Shown here piece by piece: positions 45,257-58,690 of a stretch of DNA of 64,000 nucleotides. The DNA is taken from assembly GCF_964213995.1 (NCBI RefSeq), contig NW_027591652.1:1-64000 (forward strand), read 5' to 3'. This DNA is from Mustelus asterias (taxonomy: Eukaryota). The translations under genes and the position numbers were made by a program. The stretch's first letter is position 1; each line of letters starts with the position of its first letter. The notes under the pieces are model-generated. The model saw nothing but the letters and a program-made list of their open reading frames with translations. It was not told where the DNA came from and did no database searches.

Positions 45257-47448
45257 TGTATCAGTAATCTCTGCCTGAAACCTCTCTCAGTTATTACAAT
45301 CTGGGCCTGGTATCAGTAAACTCTGCCCGAAACCTCTCTCAGTTATTACAATCTGGGCCTTGTATCAGTAATCTCTGCCCGAAACCTCTCTCAGTTATTA
45401 CAATCTGGGCCTGGTATCAGTAATCTCTGCCCGAAACCTCTCTCAGTTATTACAATCTGGGCCTTGTATCAGTGAACTCTGCCCGAAACCTCTCTCAGTT
45501 ATTACAATCTGGGCCTTGTATCAGTAATCTCTGCCCTAAACCTCTTCAAGTTATTACAATCTGGGCCTGGTGTCAGTAAACACTGCCCTAAACCTCTCTC
45601 AGTTATTACAATCTGGGCCTTGTATCAGTAATCTCTGCCCTAAACCTCTCTCAGTTATTACAATCTGGGCCTTGTATCAGTAAACTCTGACCTAAAACCC
45701 TCTGAGTTATTTGAATCTGGACCTTGTATCAGTAATCTCTGCCTTAAACCACTCTCAGTTATTACAATCTGGGCCTTGTATCAGTAATCTCTGCCCTAAA
45801 CCTCTTCAAGTTATTACAATCTGGGCCTGGTGTCAGTAAACACTGCCCTAAACCTCTCTCAGTTATTACAATCTGGGCCTTGTATCAGTAATCTCTGCCC
45901 TAAACCTCTCTCAGTTATTACAATCTGGGACTTGTATCAGTAATCTCTGCCCTAAACCTCTCTCAGTTATTACAATCTGGGACTTGTATCAGTAATCTCT
46001 GCCCAAAACCTCTCTCAGTTATTACAATTTGGGCCTTGTATCAGTAATCTCTGCCCTAAACCTCTCTCAGTTATTACAATCTGGGACTTGTATCAGTAAT
46101 CTCTGCCCAAAACCTCTCTCAGTTATTACAATCTGGGCCTTGTATCAGTAATCTCTGCCCTAAACCTCTCTCAGTTATTACAAACTGGGCCTTGTATCAG
46201 TAATCTCTGCCCTAAACCTCTCTCAGTTATTACAATCTGGGCCTTGTATCAGTAAACTCTGACCTAAAACTCTCTGAGTTATTTGAATCTGGACCTTGTA
46301 TCAGTAATCTCTGCCTTAAACCACTCTCAGTTATTACAATCTGGGCCTTGTATCAGTAATCTCTGCCCTAAACCTCTTCAAGTTATTACAATCTGGGCCT
46401 GGTGTCAGTAAACACTGCCCTAAACCTCTCTCAGTTATTACAATCTGGGCCTTGTATCAGTAATCTCTGCCCTAAACCTCTCTCGGTTATTACAATCTGG
46501 GCCTTGTATCAGTAATCTCTGCCCTAAACCTCTCTCAGTTATTACAATCTGGGACTTGTATCTGTAATCTCTGCACAAAACCTCTCTCAGTTATTACAAT
46601 CTGGGACTTATATCAGTAATCTCTGCCTTAAACGTCTCTCAGTTATTACAATCTGGGACTTGTATCAGTAATCTCTGCCCTAAACCTCTCTCAGTTATTA
46701 CAATCTGTGCTTTGTATCAGTAATCCCTGCCCTAAACCTCTCTCAGTTATTACAATCTGGGCTTTGTATCAGTAATCTCTGCCCTAAACCTCTCTCAGTT
46801 ATTACACTCTGGGACTTGTATCAGTAATTTCTGCACAAAACCTCTCTCAGTTACGACAATCTGGGCCTTGTATCAGTAATCTCTGCCTGAAACTTCTCTC
46901 AGTTATTACAATCTGGGACTTGTATCTGTAATCTCTGCACAAAACCTCTCTCAGTTATTACAATCTGGGCCTTGATTCAGTAAACGTTGCCCTAAACCTC
47001 TCTCAGTTATTACAATCTGGGCCTGGTATCAGTAATCGCTGCCCTAAACCTCTCAGTTATTACAATCTGGGCCTGGTATCAGTAATCTCTGCCCTAAACC
47101 TCTCTGTTATTACAATCTGGGCCTGGTATCAGTAATCTCTGCCCTAAACCTCTCTGTTATTACAATCTGGGCCTGGTATCAGTAATCTCTGCCCTAAACC
47201 TCTCTGTTATTACAATCTGGGCACTGTATCAGTAATCTCTGCCCGAAACCTCTCTCAGTTATTACAATCTGGGCATTGTATTAGTAATCTCTACCCTGAA
47301 CCTCTCTGTTATTACAATCTGGGTCCTGTATCAGTAATCTCTGCCCTAAACCTCTCTGTTATTACAATCTGGGCCTGGTATCAGTAATCTCTGCCCTAGG
47401 CCTCCCTCAGTTATTACAATCTGGGTCTTGTATCAGTAATCTCTGCCC
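45257..47448. repeat. 52-bp minisatellite (TGTATCAGTAATCTCTGCCCTAAACCTCTCTCAGTTATTACAATCTGGGCCT), about 42 copies
   Basis: Head-to-tail units without unique spacers. Confidence 0.95.
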
Positions 47449-50400
47449 TTCAGCTGATTGGAGAATATCATTGTGAATATTACTGTGTTTGGGATGTAAT
47501 ATTTTCCTGCTGGTACCAATATGGCTATTTTTAACATAGTTTCTGGGATCCTCCAGTCTCCCCTCAGCAGCTTTCTGGGCAGTGAGAGGTGACACACCGT
47601 TCACTAGCAGAGGGAGTTTTTGGTCCTGTCGCTGTCAATGGGATTTCCCATTGAAGTCACCTCACGCTAGCAGGAAACCAGAGGCAGGGGAACGAGAGCA
47701 GAGAATTCCCCACGAGTGAACAGCCGGAGAATCCCGGACATTCGCTCCTTTCCCAGTGATCACTGCACTCAACCCAGTCGCTGTTTATACGCTCAGTTGT
47801 CTCAGTGAATACTACATTACACCATGCTGCTGTGGACACTACAATCAACCCTTTTTGAGTTCTCACTGTATTAATACCATGTATGGATTGATATTTCATT
47901 GGACAATGTGCTGGGTTAGATGAATATTTATTGATTCTTGTGATGTGGGTGTCACTGGCTAGGTCAGCATTTATTGCCCATTCCTAGTTGCCCTGGAGAA
48001 GGTGGTGGTGAGCTGCCGTCTTGAACCCGCTGCTGTCTATGTGGTGTAGGTACACCCACAGTGCTGTTAGGGAGGGGACCTGCTTAAATTATCACTGCAT
48101 TTAACCATGTCACTCTTTATAAAAAATAAACTAGACCATGTCTGGGTAATGAATGCGGAGCATGTCTCCATTTCTCTTTACCTCAGCACTGTATCTGTGT
48201 ATATAACACTTTATACAGTTTCAATGTTATTTATTAGTGTCACAAGTAGGCTTGTGACAAGAGTTCCCAGCCAGCAGAAAAACTTGTTCTTTATCAGCCT
48301 CTCCCTTTCCCTCATTATTTTCAATGTTTGATTAAATCAGCCCCCAACTTAAATTCCAGCGGTTAAGAATAACGTTTAATCTGCACTGTTCATCAAATGT
48401 TCCCAACACAAATACTGTAATGGGGTAAATACAGAGTAAAATCCCCTCTGCTCTGTCCAAGGAATGTTTCATCACAGATTTTTATTTTGAAGTTTAGGAA
48501 AAACAGGAATCAAATTGCTCAGCATCCCAGTGTGGCCTCCTGTTTATTTCAATCAGCCCTTCACATTCAAACATGAAGTTGAAGCTTCGAATACTGTCTG
48601 TGGCAGCGTTTGTGGGTTCAGTTGTTCTCCTGCTTTTTCACTTGTCTGAAGGATTTGAATTATAGACATTGTTTAATCATTCCTTTCTCTCAGCACATGG
48701 AACTTGTGAATCTTCAAGGCAGACAATCTCATGTAATTAACAACAAACTGCATCTTTATTCATCCGTCCATTTCCTATCTCTGAATGGATCACACACATT
48801 TCCAGAATGCAGGAAGCTCTCAATGGAAACTGCTTCCAATTATTCCCCAATACAATTGTTCACACTTGACTGTGAACTACATTCCACTGACATTCCCAAA
48901 GCAGCCACAGAAAAGTGACTGGTTATTTTAAACATTGAACCTGAACTATTTGAGCTGATGATTCACTCACATTGTACAGAAATGTTGACCCTGTTTTGAT
49001 GAGAGTGATCAGATTAACATTGTAACATGAAGACAGCCTCCGTACTGAGATTCACCACATTTACAACAATTCCGCAATATCAGATCCATTGCTGTGTGTC
49101 TTGTGTGAATCCAGCTGTGAAATATCTGGACATTTGGAGCTTCCACTGTTTCTGTCATTTCATCATTTATTAAAGTACGCTGTTCTCTCCCTTTTAAATC
49201 TAAGTTGTGTCAGTTTACATTTCCCTGCACTGAAACCTCTCCACCAGTTTTGTCCATGGACAAAATATGAATAACTCTTTGCAATGTGATGTTTCCAGCT
49301 ACGCTGCTTACAATGCTGTCTAATGTTTTGTGTCATTGGCAAACCAGGATGTGTAGCATTCAGTCACATTAAATGGTCAATAAATATGTNNNNNNNNNNN
49401 NNNNNNNNNNNNNNNNNNNNNNNNNNNNNNNNNNNNNNNNNNNNNNNNNNNNNNNNNNNNNNNNNNNNNNNNNNNNNNNNNNNNNNNNNNNNNNNNNNNN
49501 NNNNNNNNNNNNNNNNNNNNNNNNNNNNNNNNNNNNNNNNNNNNNNNNNNNNNNNNNNNNNNNNNNNNNNNNNNNNNNNNNNNNNNNNNNNNNNNNNNNN
49601 NNNNNNNNNNNNNNNNNNNNNNNNNNNNNNNNNNNNNNNNNNNNNNNNNNNNNNNNNNNNNNNNNNNNNNNNNNNNNNNNNNNNNNNNNNNNNNNNNNNN
49701 NNNNNNNNNNNNNNNNNNNNNNNNNNNNNNNNNNNNNNNNNNNNNNNNNNNNNNNNNNNNNNNNNNNNNNNNNNNNNNNNNTGTGTCAGCATGCATGTGT
49801 GTCAATGTATTTGAATCTCAAATATGTTCAGTTGGAGGCCATTTGACCCATCGAGCCTGCTCCCCCACTCACACAGATCATGACAAACACACACACACAC
49901 ACACACATACACACACACACACACAGACGCGCGTACACACAGACGCACATGCACTCACAGAGATACACACACACACAAAGAGAGAGACACACAGACACTC
50001 GCGGACACACGCAGAGAGACACAAACACACACTCACGGACACACACGCACACACGCAGAGAGACACAAACACACACTCACAGACACACATGCACAAAGAC
50101 ACAGAGAGAGACACACAGACACACACTCACTCACAGACACACGCAGAGAAACACAATCACACACACAGAAACACACATTGAAATAGACACTTGCACACAC
50201 TTAGAAACTGTCTCTCTCTCACACACACACACACACAGAAATACAAAAACATAAGCGCACCGACACTCTCATTCCTATTTCTATTTTACTCCTCAATGCC
50301 CCAACTAAAAAGTACTGGGATCTGAACTTGAAATGCTGGAACTGATCATGGAGGAACGAGTGGGGCCTAATAGACACTGAGAAGTTAACTTGTGTGTGAA

Positions 50401-50649
50401 TCATAGAATGGTGACAGCACAGGAGGCCATTCAGCCCGTCAAGCCTGGATCGACACACTGCAAGAGCAGTTTCACTATTCCCAATCCTCCACCCTCTCCC
50501 CGTAACCCTGTCAATATTTTCCCTTCAGCTTCCCATTCAATTTCCTCTTGATGGAATCTTCTCCCACCTCTGACTCAGGCAGAACATGATGTGGAGATGC
50601 CGGCGTTGGACTGGGGTAAACACAGTATTTTTGTCTAAACCACAATATA

Positions 50650-50950
50650 CATAGAATCCCTGCAGTGCAGAGGAGGCCATTCGGCCCAACGTGTCTGCAC
50701 CAACCCACAATCCCACCCAGGCCCTATCCCCATATATTTACCCTAGCTTGTCGCTAAGGGTCAATTTATCATGGCCAATCCACCCAACCCGCACATCTTT
50801 GGACTGTGGGTGGAAACCGGAGCACCCGGAGGAAACCCACAAAGACACGGGGAGAATGTGCCAACTCCGCACAGACAGTGACCCGAGCTGGGAATGGAAC
50901 CCGGGTCCCTGGTGCCGTGAGGCAGAAGTGGTAACCACTGTGCCACCACT
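50650..50950 (-). mobile_element. HE1-like SINE
   Basis: Head, core and tail. Confidence 0.88.
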
Positions 50951-51423
50951 GTCCTTTTGGAGAATCCTCCTTAGTTCCATTTATTCTCCGAGGCAAAACT
51001 TCCATTTCCCAGCTCTTGTCTGTAAATGCTCAGTCTCTTGTTCCAGGTATTTTCCCAGTATTTCCACACGCTAACCTGCTGTGGGTCATTGGCCCAAATT
51101 TTCTTCAACCATTTTCAGAATTTCATTCAAATACTTCTGATGTTTAAGCAAAATGGTTTGCTGCTCCTGTTTGGTCTTTGAACTTTTCATAACCCTGGAG
51201 TTTCTCCTGATCTCATTCAGATTGAGTTTTATTTAATTTCTTTCCAGCGATGTCAAAACGTATTCATTCTGGACTTTCATTTTGTTTTCTAATATTGAGT
51301 CTATCTCGTCACTCACAAACAACTCATTTGAATCATTTGAGGGGGTTTAAATAATGTGTTTTTAAATAATTTGTCAACTTCCCTGAACTCTGCCGTTGTT
51401 ATACCTTGTTCTGTCTCAGCAAT

Positions 51424-51757
51424 GGGCGGCACGGTAGCACAGTGGTTAGCACTGCTGCTTCACAGCTCCTGGGTTCGATTCCCGGCTCGGGTCACTGTCT
51501 GTGTGGAGTTTGCACATTCTCCTCGTGTCTGCGTGGGTTTCCTCCGGGTGCTCCGGTTTCCTCCCACAGTCCAAAGATGTGCGGGTTAGGTTGATTGGCC
51601 GGGTTAAAAATTGCCCCTTAGAGTCCTGAGATGCGTAGGTTAGTGGGATTAGCGGGTAAATATGTGGGGGTAGGGCCTGGGTGGGATTGTGGTCGGTGCA
51701 GACTCGATGGGCCGAATGGCCTCCTTCTGCACTGCAGGGTTTCTATGATTTCTATGA
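51424..51757 (+). mobile_element. HE1-like SINE
   Basis: Head, core and tail. Confidence 0.9.
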
Positions 51758-53074
51758 AGCCCCTTAAATTAAAATGAGCAGCTACTCAGTGTTAATTGTC
51801 ATTAACCCTTGGAGCTCTTATTTCCTCTGGGGTGGACTTTTACCTTGATGTTTCGGGCACTTTTCCTGCCTCTGCACTGTCCATTACCAGGGTGGATACA
51901 TCAATATCTTTACTCACTTCAGTTTGACTCGATTTATTCTTATCACATTGATATACAGTGAAAAGTATTGTTTCTTGTGCACTATACAGACAAGGCATAC
52001 CATTCATAGAGAAGGAAAGGAGAGAGTGCAGAATATAGTGTGACAGTCATAGCGAGAGTGTAGAGAAAGATCAACTTAGTGTGAGGCAGATCCATTCAAA
52101 AGTCTGATGGCAGCAGGGAAGAAGCTGTTTTTGAGTCGGTTGGTACATAACCTCAGACCTTTGTGTATTTTTCCGACAGAAGAAGGTGGAAGAGAGAATG
52201 TCCAGGTGCGTGGGGTCCTTAATTATGCTGGCTGCTTTTCCGGGGCAGCGGGAAGTGTAGGCAGTCAATGGATGGGAGGCTGGTTTGCGTGATGGACTGG
52301 GCTTCATTCACAACCCTTTGTATAGTCCCCACCAGTCACACACGACACACACACAGTCCAGAAGAGACACACGTGTGGAAGGTGATGGTGTCGGAGGCAG
52401 AGGTGCCTCGAGCTGTCCGTGCAGCAACGCAGGTCCAGTGCGCTGAAGGCTGTCCTCCTCGGCAGCAATGACCTGCCACCGGTCTGCGCCTTCACAAGAC
52501 TCTGGACACAATGGGTAAAGAGAGATAGAGAGTGAGAGATGGATTGATATATATACATGATGAGAGAGAGAGAGAGAGATTGCCCCAATACAAACATCGC
52601 TCCCCAACCTCTCTATTCCCCCTCCCCAGCAACTACCTGAAGCTAAATTAATGTCACAACATCACTGCCATCTTTTACCCAAAACTTAGCTTCAGACCCT
52701 GTCCCTCTATATTTAACCAGCCCGTCTCTGACATCTCCTCCAGTCACACAACCCTGTGAGATGTCTGCACCGCTCTAATTGTGGCATCGTGAGCGTTCCA
52801 CATGCAACATGACTTGCATCGATAAACTCTCATCTCCAACATTTCAATTGAAATTTCAAAGCTCAATGGCTTTGAAGCCGAATGGTCCAGATTGCCATGG
52901 CCTTCAATGTGAACAAGTTGTTTGTGATGTCACTACAGAGGTTGCCTAGGAAACAATGACTGAACACAGGGGGTGAATGTGAGAAGCTGAAGTTTCCACT
53001 TGAAGACATTCCCAGTGTCTCTGAGCAGCTGAACTGGGGAAGCCTTTGGGCAGAGACTGTGCTGCTGCTATTGC

Positions 53075-53531
53075 CCTTCCTGGCCACCAGGCGTCGCTGT
53101 AACGCTCCCGGGGGGGGCTGCTCCTCCCCAGTGTCACCTCTTGCCCACTCCGGCCCGGCCCCATGCTCGTTGGCGGGACAACAGGGGGACTTGTCGAGGG
53201 GGCGGGGCGGCCTGTGCGCATGTGCGGGACGGGAATGCTCCCAGAGGTCAGCGCGCGCGGACGCCGCCGCATTGATGCCGTCTCCCCTGGCAACGCAAGA
53301 TGGTCGCCGCCGCCGTCTCCCTTGGCAACGGAATATGGCCGCTGGCCGTCTCCCTTGGCAACGCAAGATGGCCGCCGGCGGTGGGTGTCATTGCGGCGCA
53401 CGCGCAGTGAGGTGTGTCTGCAGCCATTGTCCAGGTTGCCCCCAGTGGATGGGGTTGGGATTGTGCAGCAGATGGAGCAACAATCCCAGTTTCAATAGGG
53501 GGACAGAAGCTGCAATGCTGCCCCCTGGTGG
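53075..53531. promoter_or_regulatory. CpG-rich promoter-like module, copy 2
   Basis: Duplicate of 39340-39800; the CTCF-like site here is CCACCAGGGGGCAG (53518-53531, -). Confidence 0.55.
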
Positions 53532-56500
53532 TCACTTCTCCCAGTCTCAGCATTGCAGAGTGTTTAAACAAGAGTGCATTGTCACAGCAGCACCTTGACC
53601 TTCAGTTTCAGTTTATTTATTAGTGTCAGAAGTAGGCTTACATTAACACTACAATGAAGTTACTGTGAGAATCCCCTAGTCGCCCACACTCCGGCGCCTG
53701 TTCGGGTTACACTGAGGGAGAATTTAGCACGGCCAATGCACCCTAACCAGCACATCTTTCAGACTGTGGGAGGAAACCGGAGCACCCGGAGGAAACCCAC
53801 GCAGACACGGGGAGGGGACAGCCCGGGGGAAAGCTCCATTCCAACTGTCCCTGGAGTGTCAGATTAACCTGGGTCACTCACGCCCCCCCCCCGGCTAAGA
53901 CTCACCTCCCTCAGACAGTGAGACCCTCCTGTATCACTCACCTTACTGCAGTCAGATACCCTCAGACTCAGCACTGGGCCCTGGGCGTGTTCTTTAAATG
54001 CTGCGACCTATCGTGGAGGAAAGAATTGGGAGGATTTTGATTTGATTTGATTTATTACTGTCGCATGTATTGGGATACAGTGAAAAGTATTGTTTCTTGT
54101 ATGCTGTACAGACAAAACATACCGTTCATAGAGTACATCGGGGAGAAGTAAAAGAGAGGGTGCAGAATCTACTGTTGCAGTCATAGGTAGGGTGTAGAGA
54201 AAGATAAATCTAATATGTAGCAGGTCCATTCAAAAGTCTGAGGGCAGCAGGGAAGTTCTTGAGTCGGTTGGTACGTGATCTCAGACTTTGTAGCTTTTTC
54301 CTGACGGAAGAAGGTGGAAGAGAGAATGTGTGCATGAGGTCCTTAATTATGCTGGCTGCTTTTCTAAGGCCGCGGGAAGTGTAGACAGAGTCAATGAATG
54401 GGAGGCTAGTCTGCGTGATGGACGGGGCTACATTCACGACCTTTTGTAATTTCTTGCAGTCTTGGACAGAGCAGAAACCATACCAAGCCGTGATACAGAA
54501 AGGATGCTTTCTATGGTGCATCTGTAGAAGTTGGTGAGAGTCGTAGCTGACATGCCAAATTTCCTCAGCCTCCTGAGAAAGTAGACGTGTTGGTGGGCTT
54601 TCTCAATTATAGTGTCGGCATGGGGGGACCAGGACAGGTTGTTGGTGATCTGGACACCTAGAAACTTGAAGTTGAGACCCAAATGACAAGTTGTCATAGT
54701 GTCATAGATGTTTACAGCATGGAAACAGGCCCTTTGGCCCAACTTGTCATGCTGCCCTTTTTCTTTTAACCCCTAAGCTGGTCCCAATTCCCCACATTTG
54801 GCCCATATCCCTCTACATCTATCTTACCCATGTAACTGTCTAAATGCTTTTTAAAAGATAAAATTGTGTCCATCTCTACTACTACCTCTGGCAGCTTGTT
54901 CCAGACGCTCATCACTCTCTGTGTGAAAAGATTGCCCCTCTGGACACTTTTGTATCTCTCCCCTCTCACCTTAAACCCATGCCCTCGAGTTTTAGACTCC
55001 CCTACCTTTGGGAAAAGATATTGACTATCTATTGTGTGTCAACCATAGAATAGCCACGGAATGAAGGAGGCCATTCAGCCCATTCAGCTGGTGTCGACTC
55101 TCTGCTAGAGCAATCGAGCCAGTCCCACTGCTCCACCTTGTCCCTGGAGCCCTGCAAATCTTTTCCCATCAGCTTCCCATCCCAGGGAGGAGCAGAGAGG
55201 AAAGAGGGACTTGGGGAATGGAAGGTTTCATCTGATGTTCTTGTTGGCAGATGCTCTGTGGCGGATAAAGCTGGCAGCCTCCTCCAGAAAGCAGCACAGA
55301 GTGAATGGAAGAGGCAGAATGTGAGTGAGATGAGACACGAGAGAGAGAGAGAGAGAGGGGTGAAAGCTTTCTGTTTGTCAGCAAAAAGCACAATGGTGGC
55401 CCTGTGTCCTTCAGGGAGCGGCCCAGGCCTTGCTCAAAGCCTGCCCTGTCCTCACACTCACTGGGAGACGGCCATTTCTAACATGTTGTCCATGTTGCTG
55501 AGCTGACACTGAGACAAACACAACAACAGCAGCCAGTATCCGGACAAGTCCTCACGGAGAATGAAATGTCCAAAGCCACTTCAAAGGAAGATTGCGCGGC
55601 AGTATTTGTCCCCGAGCTGCGGAGGGAGAGATTTGGATGGATGACCAGAAGCTGGGTCAGTGAGGTTGTGTTTTAGCAATGGAGGTCTAGAGAACAGAAA
55701 AGGCCCTTCGGCCCATTGCATCTGTGCCGGTCAAAGACAAATCACCCAACTTGGCTCACGGCCTGGTAAGCCTTGGCATTGCAAATGCATAGCTAAGCAC
55801 TTCTTAAACGTTCTGAGGGTCTCTGCCTCCACCACCCTTTCAGGCAGAGAGTTCCAGACTCCCACCACCCTCTGGGTGAAAAAGGTTTTCCTCACATCCC
55901 CTGTAAACCTCCTGCCCCTTACCCTAAATCTATACCCCCTGGTCATTGATCCCACCACCAAGGGGAAAGCTTTCTTCCCGTCTACTCTATCGATGTCCCT
56001 CATAATCTTATCCATCTCCATCATGTTCCCCCTCAGCCTCCTCTGCTCCACGGAAAACAACCCCAGGGTGGAATCTTATCACTGTTCAGGCCGGCAGGAT
56101 TTTCCCATCCCACTGCAGTGAAAGGAGATTTGGCTGGTCACCAGATTCTCCGACCTCGCTGAGCGGGAGTGTGGCGTCAACAGGTGGTAAGATCACACCC
56201 TCAGTCTATAAAATCTCTCTTCAGTTCGAGTGGCGGCACGGTAGCACAGTGGTTAGCACTGCTGCCTCACAGCGCCAGGGACCCGGGTTCAATTCCGGCC
56301 TCGGGTTACTGTCTGTGTGGAGTTTGCACATTCTCCCCGTGTCTGCGTGGGTTTCCTCCGGGTGCATTGTCCATGCAAAATTGCCCTGAGGGTCCCACGA
56401 TGTATAGGTTAGGGGGATCAGCGGGAAAATACGTGGGGTTACGGGGTAAGCCTGGGTAAGAGTCCGTGCAGATTTGATGGGTTGAATGGCCTCATTCTGG

Positions 56501-57969
56501 ACTGTAGGGATTCTATGATTCTATGAACTAAAACTCTCCAGGCCAGGCAACATCCTGGTGAATCTCCTCTGCACCTTTTCCAGTGCTATCACATCCCTCC
56601 TATCCTGTGCAATCCACAACTGCACAATTTATCGATGAGGGGCGGCACAGTGGTTAACACTGCTGCCTCACAGCGCCAGGGACCCGGGTTTGATTCCTGG
56701 CTTGGGTCACTGTCAGTGTGGAGTTTGTACATTCTCCCCGTGTCTGCGTGGGTTTCCACCGGGTGCTGCGGTTTCCTCCCACAGTTCGAAAGACGCGCTG
56801 GTTAGGTGTATCAGCCATGCTAAATTCTCCCCAAGTTGCCCAAACAGGCGCCAGAGCATGGCGACTACGGATTTTCCACAGTAACTTCATTGCAGTGTTA
56901 ATGTAACCCTACTTGTGACACTAATAAATAAACTTTTAAACCTGATACTCGATTCCCCCATGTTGGCCTTGTTCTGTGATAATTAATGCGGATGTTTAGA
57001 TTATTCAATAGTTCTTTGAGGACAGCAGACACAGGGGAAAAAAAACATGTGGCTCTGTACACAACAGATATATTTCAAGGGGATATTGCAGCCAGCTGTA
57101 TCTGAGTGGCAGTAATCTTCCCTCAGAATTAGACAGATTGTGGGTTCAGCTCAGAGCCTCAAATACTAGGCCCTTAGCATTGATCGGAGCCTCCGCGCAC
57201 AGCATGATGGGAGAGCGGACAAAGGAAAGTGGTGTTGAATTTGTGAGCCTTGTTTTGTGGAAAGCTTTAGTGTTTGGTCAGAATGTTAATTTTTGAGTGG
57301 ACCTACCATACATTAAGCTGATCTTTCTCTTTACCCTATCGGTAACTGCAACACTGTATTCTGCACCCTCTCCTCTCCTTCTCCCGAATGGACTCTATGA
57401 ACGGTATGTTTTGTCTGTGTAGCGTGCAAGAAACAAAACTTTTCACCGTGTCCCAATACATGGGATAGGGCTACATGGTGGACAGTGTTTAGCACTGCTG
57501 CCTCACAGCACCAGGAACCCGGGTTCAATTCTCGGTTGGGAGTTGAGTATGCACATTCTCCCTGTGTCTGCGTGGGTTCCCTCCGGGTGCCCCGGTTTCC
57601 TTCCACAGTCCAAAGATGTGCAGATTAGGTGGAATCTGAGACGCTACAGAAGCAGGGTAAAGATTTGAAAATGAAGTGTTTCTTACCCACTTTTAAAAGA
57701 CAATCCACATTCGCACCAGTCACATTTCACACACTCTGCTCAGTCCTGTGTTGGGGGGGTGTTTAGTGCGGGATCAGTGTCTGCTTTTCTCAAACCGCAG
57801 TGATATTCCCAACAAGGGCAAGAGGTTTCAGTGTTTAAACATGTAAACATTACAAAACTAAACCAGACAGAAAGTGATGAGGCCTCACACCTTCAATGTA
57901 GTAATCTTCGCTCAGAGTCAGAGAGATTGTGGGTTCAGGTCAGAGCCTGAAATACTAGGCCCTTAGCTT

Positions 57970-58690
57970 CGAGACACACAGAGACAGAGAAACACAGAGA
58001 CAGAGACAGATACAGAGAAATGCAGAGACAGAGAGACACACACAGATACATAGAGAGATATACACACAGAGGCAGAGAGAGAGACACAGATCCAGAGAAG
58101 TACAGAGACAGAGAGACACACAGATACAGAGAAATAGAGACAGAGAGAAACAAAGAGAGAGACACAAACACAGAGACAGAGTGAAATATACAAATATACA
58201 GAGAGAGACACAGATACAGAGAAATACAGAGACAGATACACAGAGAGATAGAGACACAGAGAGATAGAGACACAAAGAGACACACAGATACACAGAGAGA
58301 TAGAAACAGAGAGACACACAGACACACAGAGAGATAGAGAGACACACAGATACACAGAGAGATAGAGACAGAGAGACACACAGACAGATAGAGACACAGA
58401 GATAGAGACACAGAGAGACACACAGATACACAGAGAGATAGAAACAGAGAGACACACAGACACACAGAGAGATAGAGACACAGAGAGACAGAGAGACACA
58501 CAGATACACAGAGAGATAGAGACAGCGAGACACACAGATACACAGTGAGATAGAAACAGAGAGACACACAGATACACAGAGAGATAGAGACACAGAGAGA
58601 CGCACAGATACACAGAGAGACGCACAGATACACAGAGAGATAGAGACAGAGAGACACACACATAAACACACCAACAGAGAAATACAGAAA
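57970..58690. repeat. Low-complexity GA/CA compound microsatellite
   Basis: Visible; explains the Cys/Val/Ser/Leu-rich spurious ORFs. Confidence 0.9.

Larger units (their letters stand above)
39213..48252 (+). repeat. Segmental duplication copy 1, paired with 52948-63941
   Basis: Collinear near-identical sequence including TEs and minisatellite; lacks ~2.4 kb present in copy 2. Confidence 0.92.

Noticed and set aside
45257-47448. CRISPR-like array
   Set aside because: Units are contiguous with no unique spacers, there are no cas genes and the context is eukaryotic; it is a minisatellite
51424-51500. tRNA gene
   Set aside because: A/B-box-like sequence is the head of an HE1-like SINE
52335-52520. 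Coding-looking GC-richer island with a GTAAAG donor
   Set aside because: No clean acceptor, stops in the plus frames and no recognisable domain
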